A DNA stretch of 62,695 bases, the filler included. It is 8 parts of 8 records of this genome, joined end to end, with 100 filler letters (N's around TTAATTAATTAA, not from the genome) between each part and the next. Parts side by side here need not be neighbours in the genome. Positions count along the whole stretch, not along the records: positions 56,488 to 62,695 come from SRR31147125_22925; 7 more parts are not named here. One strand, written 5' to 3'. The translations under genes were made by a program, and so were the position numbers. Shown here one piece after another: positions 58,227 through 62,695 of this stretch. A model generated the notes under the pieces. That model had not been told where the DNA came from. It was given only the letters and a program-made list of their open reading frames with translations, and ran no database searches. Each line of letters begins with the position of its first letter. Within the stretch, counting starts at the first letter, position 1.

Positions 58227-58984
58227 TTATTTGCTATTGATTGCACTGAGGAGGGATTTTGCAATCAATTGACTCAGCTTCACCAAAGCACGACTTTGGG
58301 CAGCCACATACCCATTGAGCCCCCCTCTTTTGAGATAGCGTTTTGTTTCGGACGCAGAACTTCTGCAGATAGTTTAGAAGCAGAAGCAGGCGTAGAATTA
58401 GAAGCACACGATTGCATGGTGGCGCTTGTTTCCAAACAACGTTCTGTGAAATCAGCTCTATCGCTTTTCATTCGTTTTCGAGTTTTACCGTTCAGAATCT
58501 CCCAACGGGCTGAAAGGTGTATCGGCCCTTCCACACTCCCATCCAGCTTCAATAGAGTGATTTGGATCTGATAATCGGGCTGAATATAACTCTTCCACGG
58601 ATATTTATATATCCCGTCAACGCCCAGTAACGTGCACAGATTCTCCACCAAAATCGTGGGGATCTCGTCTTTGGGAGATCCTGCCCACTTGTGAAACTCC
58701 TCCAGTGTGACCTCATTGGGTGAACGTCTGATAACCAGATTGGATCGGTCCAAATATTTTGCAATGGAGACCGGGCCGACCCCCAATATCTTCCCATTCA
58801 ACTGTTGGTTTTGATCTTTATCGGTCGCTTCGCGCGCCACTGCTGTCAACATGTAAAACCTTGCCGGTCTGCTTGATGAACATCCGACAACAGAGCCAAC
58901 AAAGCAAACAGCCAACACCACCAAAGCGATCTTTATATTAAAACAACTCATATGAAACTCCCTGCCGTTACAGGTTCTCGACAT
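58227..58984 (-). CDS. PqiC-like membrane-integrity transporter lipoprotein, C-terminal frameshift near C6 (58320-58325)
   Basis: Lipobox VVGC; 'VGPVSIAKYLDR', 'FHKWA'. The alternative frame supplies the expected final helix 'YVAAQSRALVKLSQLIAKSL', ending at 58227. Confidence 0.78.
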
Positions 58985-59102
58985 TAAATAAGTCGGGATG
59001 TCTGAATATACTATTGTTCCAATCCGGCTAATATGATCGCCATTTTTTTTTGCAGTTGCATCACATCCGGATTATCTCCACAACCATCTAATTCTCCATT
59101 TT

Positions 59103-60239
59103 TCATTTCCCCTGAATCAACGCTTCAGGGTGGCGCTCTAAGTAATCTGCAAGTGTTTTCAAGGCCCTTGCCGCATCTGAGACCTCGGCCAACGTCGTAT
59201 TGAGATTGTAAAGCAGGGCAGAATCTCCATCTGTCAAATGTTTTACACTTTCAAGCATTTTTGTGGCTTGATCTGCTGTCTTGCCAGCCGCTTTCACACT
59301 TTTATCAGCAGACTCCAAAACCTTCAGCAGCCCTTCTGACACCGGAGGAATTTCACTTTCAATGGCGGCCAACAACTGCCGTGCATCAGCAACGGTTCGA
59401 TTCACCCCACTGCCCATTTGATCAACCTGATTCAGCGTCTCCGCCAGTAGATGCCGAATATCGACAATCGCCTTTTTCAGATCGCCACTCAGGGTGAGGA
59501 TTTCCGTATCCGCTGTATTCAATAGCTGCTTTGCATCGGCCATGGTCCCTGTTAAATCTTCAGCCAAATTGGGCAGCGTTTCGTCCACTCCTTCGGCCAG
59601 AGCGTTTATGCTGTTCAATGCATGTGTCATGGCGACGAGCAGTTCATTGATGGACTCTGAATTAAGGAATGCATCCACATTGCTGATGATGGAAAAGACT
59701 TTATTGAATATCTCCTCAATGGGGGCTTGCTTCAATTTCTGAGTCAACTCTTCGATATCGGACTTTATGGTGGGGATCTCCAGATATTCCGAGGACAGAC
59801 CGGAAAACCGGGGCCGGGTATCCGGATTGAAATCAAGTGCCACCAGCAATTGCCCGGTGACCAAGCTCTGCATCACAAGTTGAGCCCGCAATCCTTTCTC
59901 GATGAGAGAATTGAGATGTCCCTCCAAATCCTGCTTCTGATCTTCATAGGGTTTTGTCACCACACAATCTTGTGTCACTTCGATGTATACCGGAATGGAA
60001 AATCCCTGATCTTTGGAAGCCCGGATCTGAATATCTTTCACCGCGCCGATCTTTACCCCACGAAGTACCACCGGTGATCCCACATTCAACCCCTTGACGG
60101 AACCGCTGAAGTGAAGCACAAATACATTTTTTTTCTTTAAAAACGATCCGGAGCCGAACACGGCTATGGCAACCGCAATTAAGACCACAGCCCCCACAAC
60201 AAATGCGCCGACCATCACTTTACCGGATTGACTGTTCAT
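59103..60239 (-). CDS. MlaD/MCE family protein (PqiB-like C-terminus)
   Basis: 'F.GSVKGLNVGSPVVLRGVKIGAV', 'GLRAQL..QSLVTGQL', 'DYLERHPEALIQGK'. Confidence 0.9.
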   Translation of the reverse strand: MNSQSGKVMVGAFVVGAVVLIAVAIAVFGSGSFLKKKNVFVLHFSGSVKGLNVGSPVVLRGVKIGAVKDIQIRASKDQGFSIPVYIEVTQDCVVTKPYEDQKQDLEGHLNSLIEKGLRAQLVMQSLVTGQLLVALDFNPDTRPRFSGLSSEYLEIPTIKSDIEELTQKLKQAPIEEIFNKVFSIISNVDAFLNSESINELLVAMTHALNSINALAEGVDETLPNLAEDLTGTMADAKQLLNTADTEILTLSGDLKKAIVDIRHLLAETLNQVDQMGSGVNRTVADARQLLAAIESEIPPVSEGLLKVLESADKSVKAAGKTADQATKMLESVKHLTDGDSALLYNLNTTLAEVSDAARALKTLADYLERHPEALIQGK

Positions 60240-60364
60240 ACGTCTCCTCTTTGTTTTGAGCGCATTGCTTATTGCCTCCCCTGCATTTAGAGGTACTTAT
60301 TTTTTCAAATGGAATTCGGAGTGTATACTAAATTTTCGAGCAAATTTTTCATTATTTGCTTTTT

Positions 60365-61135
60365 TTATTGCCCCTTACCCCGCGTCAGGAAATCGATCAC
60401 CCGTCGATCCTCCGACGTTTCCAACAGATGAGTAGGATTTCCTCCGGCAATCATGGTTTTAGTCACCGGATCCAAGAAAACGGAGTTGTTTCCGATGGCA
60501 AATATGCTGGCCAATTCATGGGTCACCACAACCACGGTCGCCCCAAGGCTCTCTCTAAGTTCCAGGATCAGATCATCCAGCAGGCGGGCACTGACCGGAT
60601 CGAGTCCGGCCGAAGGTTCGTCGAAAAAAAGAATATCCGGATCCAACGCCAATGCCCGGGCAAGACCTGCCCGTTTTCGCATGCCGCCGCTGATTTGAGA
60701 TGGATAGTAGGCATCGAACCCGGATAACCCCACTAGGGCCAATTTCAAGGCAGTCAGCTCCTTGATGTCCGATGGGGATAGATCGGTATACTCTTCCAGG
60801 GGAAGGGCAATGTTCTCAGCCAGGGTCATGGAGCTCCATAGAGCGCCGCTCTGGTAGAGAATCCCCATATTCATCATCAACTCTTTTTGTTTGGCGGCAG
60901 ACGCTTCCCAGAAGCTGACGGGTTGGATTTCATCCATGTACAAAATTTTACCGCAAGAGGGTGCTTTTAATCCGACAAGATGGCGAAGCAGCGTGCTTTT
61001 TCCACATCCGCTCCCCCCCATGATAATGAAGATGTCCCCCTGATTTACCTTAAAATCGAGATCCTTCTGAATGAGCACCGACCCATACGCCATGGTCAAA
61101 TTCTCTACTATGATTTTCGGCCTTTGCGCTTTCAT
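60365..61135 (-). CDS. MlaF-like ABC ATP-binding protein
   Basis: GGSGCGKST, 'SGGMRKRAGLARALALDPDILFFDEPSAGLDP'. Confidence 0.92.
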   Translation of the reverse strand: MKAQRPKIIVENLTMAYGSVLIQKDLDFKVNQGDIFIIMGGSGCGKSTLLRHLVGLKAPSCGKILYMDEIQPVSFWEASAAKQKELMMNMGILYQSGALWSSMTLAENIALPLEEYTDLSPSDIKELTALKLALVGLSGFDAYYPSQISGGMRKRAGLARALALDPDILFFDEPSAGLDPVSARLLDDLILELRESLGATVVVVTHELASIFAIGNNSVFLDPVTKTMIAGGNPTHLLETSEDRRVIDFLTRGKGQ

Positions 61136-61143
61136 AAGAACAC

Positions 61144-62280
61144 TTAAATACCTAGAATATTACAAAGCACCGTAATGAGCGCCGTTGCAATGACAATGGC
61201 GACAATCCCCGTCACCACAGCCGAGGTCGCCGCCTCTCCCACAGCAGATGCGCTTCTTTTACACTGCATACCCCTCAAACATCCGGCAATCGCCACCAGA
61301 ATCCCGAACACAAAGCTTTGAAATATGCCGATCCAGAAGCTGTTCAAAGAAACGGATTCTCGGGTCATGTTAAAATATTCCATGAAGTTGAGATCCAACA
61401 TAAACACCCCAACCACCATCCCGCCCAAAATTCCCATGAGATCGGCATAGAGACAAAGCAGAGGCATCACCAAAGCCAAAGCCAGTATGCGGGGCATCAC
61501 CAAGAATTCCATGGGGGAGATCCCCAGAGTTCTTAAGGCATCAATCTCTTCGTTCACTTCCATGGTGCCCAACTGTGCGGCGAATGCGGCTCCGGTACGG
61601 CCCGCCATGATCACACCGGCCATGACCGCTCCCATCACCCGAATCATGGCGATCCCCACAAGACTTGCCACGTAGATCTGGGCACCGAACATCACCAGCT
61701 GAACCGCCCCCACAAAGGCCAGGATCAATCCCACAAGCCCGCTGATGAGCGACACAATGGGCAATGCATCGGCACTGCACTCTTTTACAATGGGAAGTAA
61801 AATGGAAGATCGAATGCTGTACCGACCGGTAATCAGCCTGACAAATGCCGTAAAGGCATCTCCAAGGAATGCCAGTATTTCGGCCGCCCCTTTTGTCAGC
61901 TGAATCGCCCGGTCGCCAATGATTTCAAAAAAGGATGGCGCGTTTTTCGCCAGTCTCACCCCTTCTCTTTCAGGAACAGCCGAGGCAAGGGCAAGCATCC
62001 GGCGGATGCCTCCCGGTAAAGATGCATCATCCCACTCAATTTCATTTTTATCACAATGCTCTCGAATTTTCCGAAGAAAGGTTAAAATGGCGCTGTCCCA
62101 TTTTTTAAGCGCTTTTTCGCGAAAGCATATTCCTTTTAAATCCGGAACACGCTTTATCTCTTCGAGGACATCATCTGTCGTCGGGATGGACGCTCCAATG
62201 ATAAAATCACCGGTTATGGTCAGTGTCATCTTGGCATCACCGCCAGCATCTTTTTGATGATCAAGCGTAATCTCTGCCAT
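61144..62280 (-). CDS. MlaE-family permease with an N-terminal STAS-like domain
   Basis: 'AGRTGAAFAAQLGTMEVNEEIDALRTLG', 'VGEAATSAVV'. Confidence 0.92.
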   Translation of the reverse strand: MAEITLDHQKDAGGDAKMTLTITGDFIIGASIPTTDDVLEEIKRVPDLKGICFREKALKKWDSAILTFLRKIREHCDKNEIEWDDASLPGGIRRMLALASAVPEREGVRLAKNAPSFFEIIGDRAIQLTKGAAEILAFLGDAFTAFVRLITGRYSIRSSILLPIVKECSADALPIVSLISGLVGLILAFVGAVQLVMFGAQIYVASLVGIAMIRVMGAVMAGVIMAGRTGAAFAAQLGTMEVNEEIDALRTLGISPMEFLVMPRILALALVMPLLCLYADLMGILGGMVVGVFMLDLNFMEYFNMTRESVSLNSFWIGIFQSFVFGILVAIAGCLRGMQCKRSASAVGEAATSAVVTGIVAIVIATALITVLCNILGI

Positions 62281-62695
62281 GACGGGTTCCTACTGGGAAT
62301 CGATATGATAATATAATGGATTTCATAAGGTTTCTTTCATATCTTTATTTACAACATGCGGTCAACATAAAAGAAGAGAGACGGCAGAGACATTTTAATC
62401 TATTCAAAAAAAGTGACCATGAGCGACATAGAAAAATACGGCTTCACCTATCTGAAAGTTAATTCATAATTCATGTCATAGTTGGGTAAGTTATGGTATA
62501 AGGAAACCTCGATACAAAATGGCTCGGTAAAAAATGTAAGGACGATTAGGTTGAATATATTATGGTATTCCCTTTGAAATTGAAAATTTTTCATATGAAA
62601 ATTTCACGGTTAGCGGTTCGAGAATTATCATAAGGTGTTGTGGCAAATGGGCTTGTCACGGCCGTTTTTATATGAATATCTCACGGTTGATGCGT

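Noticed and set aside
830-62257. Many short ORFs antisense to or nested in the called genes (for example 8345-8941, 53002-53589, 54604-55227, 41880-42338), and 36889-37164
   Set aside because: These are shadow frames of well-supported genes with no recognisable motifs. ORF 36889-37164 merely translates the heptamer repeat.
1-62695. Functional links between genes on different sides of spacers (for example GH13 with the BcsB/NfrB locus, or tRNA-Gly with GT4)
   Set aside because: These are different contigs with different composition and likely different organisms, so adjacency is artificial.

Overview
This is not one locus. It is eight unrelated assembly contigs joined by artificial 100-nt spacers (N-run + TTAATTAATTAA + N-run), so gene neighbourhoods hold only within a contig. 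Taxonomic labels are impressions from gene content and composition. (1) 1-12746, Gram-negative: DUF418 protein, PflX-like radical SAM, cNMP-binding protein, alpha/beta hydrolase, TonB-dependent receptor, and a Tat-exported Gfo/Idh/MocA oxidoreductase next to a HEAT-DUF1080-FG-GAP fusion. (2) 12847-22257, low-GC Clostridia-like: repeat lipoprotein, WYL regulator, TnpV-like gene, TasA/CalY-like protein, hybrid histidine kinase. (3) 22358-30082, Clostridia-like: HD protein, solute-binding lipoprotein, Cthe_2159-like protein, yfbR, SpoIID-SH3. (4) 30183-39579, FCB/Marinimicrobia-like: TlpA-TPR, putative beta-barrel, CxxCH/TolB/TPR lipoprotein coupled to an FkbO/Rid-like enzyme, lolCDE, and intergenic REP-like and heptamer repeats. 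(5) 39680-45339, spirochaete-like: ispD, ispF, RecA-like ATPase, fusA, HIT, GH13. (6) 45440-50509: NfrB-like GT2 synthase with three MshEN modules, a BcsB-like protein and a CDF transporter. (7) 50610-56387 and (8) 56488-62695, Desulfobacterales-like: xerC, UDG, coaBC, acyl-CoA ligase, tRNA-Gly 3' end; GT4 and an MlaEFD-PqiC operon. Five genes carry single-base frameshifts at short homopolymer runs, probably sequencing errors. Best candidates for undescribed systems are the NfrB(3xMshEN)-BcsB hybrid polysaccharide synthase, the WYL/palindrome/TnpV module and the CxxCH beta-propeller plus FkbO-like pair. No CRISPR array, rRNA or intact mobile element was found.
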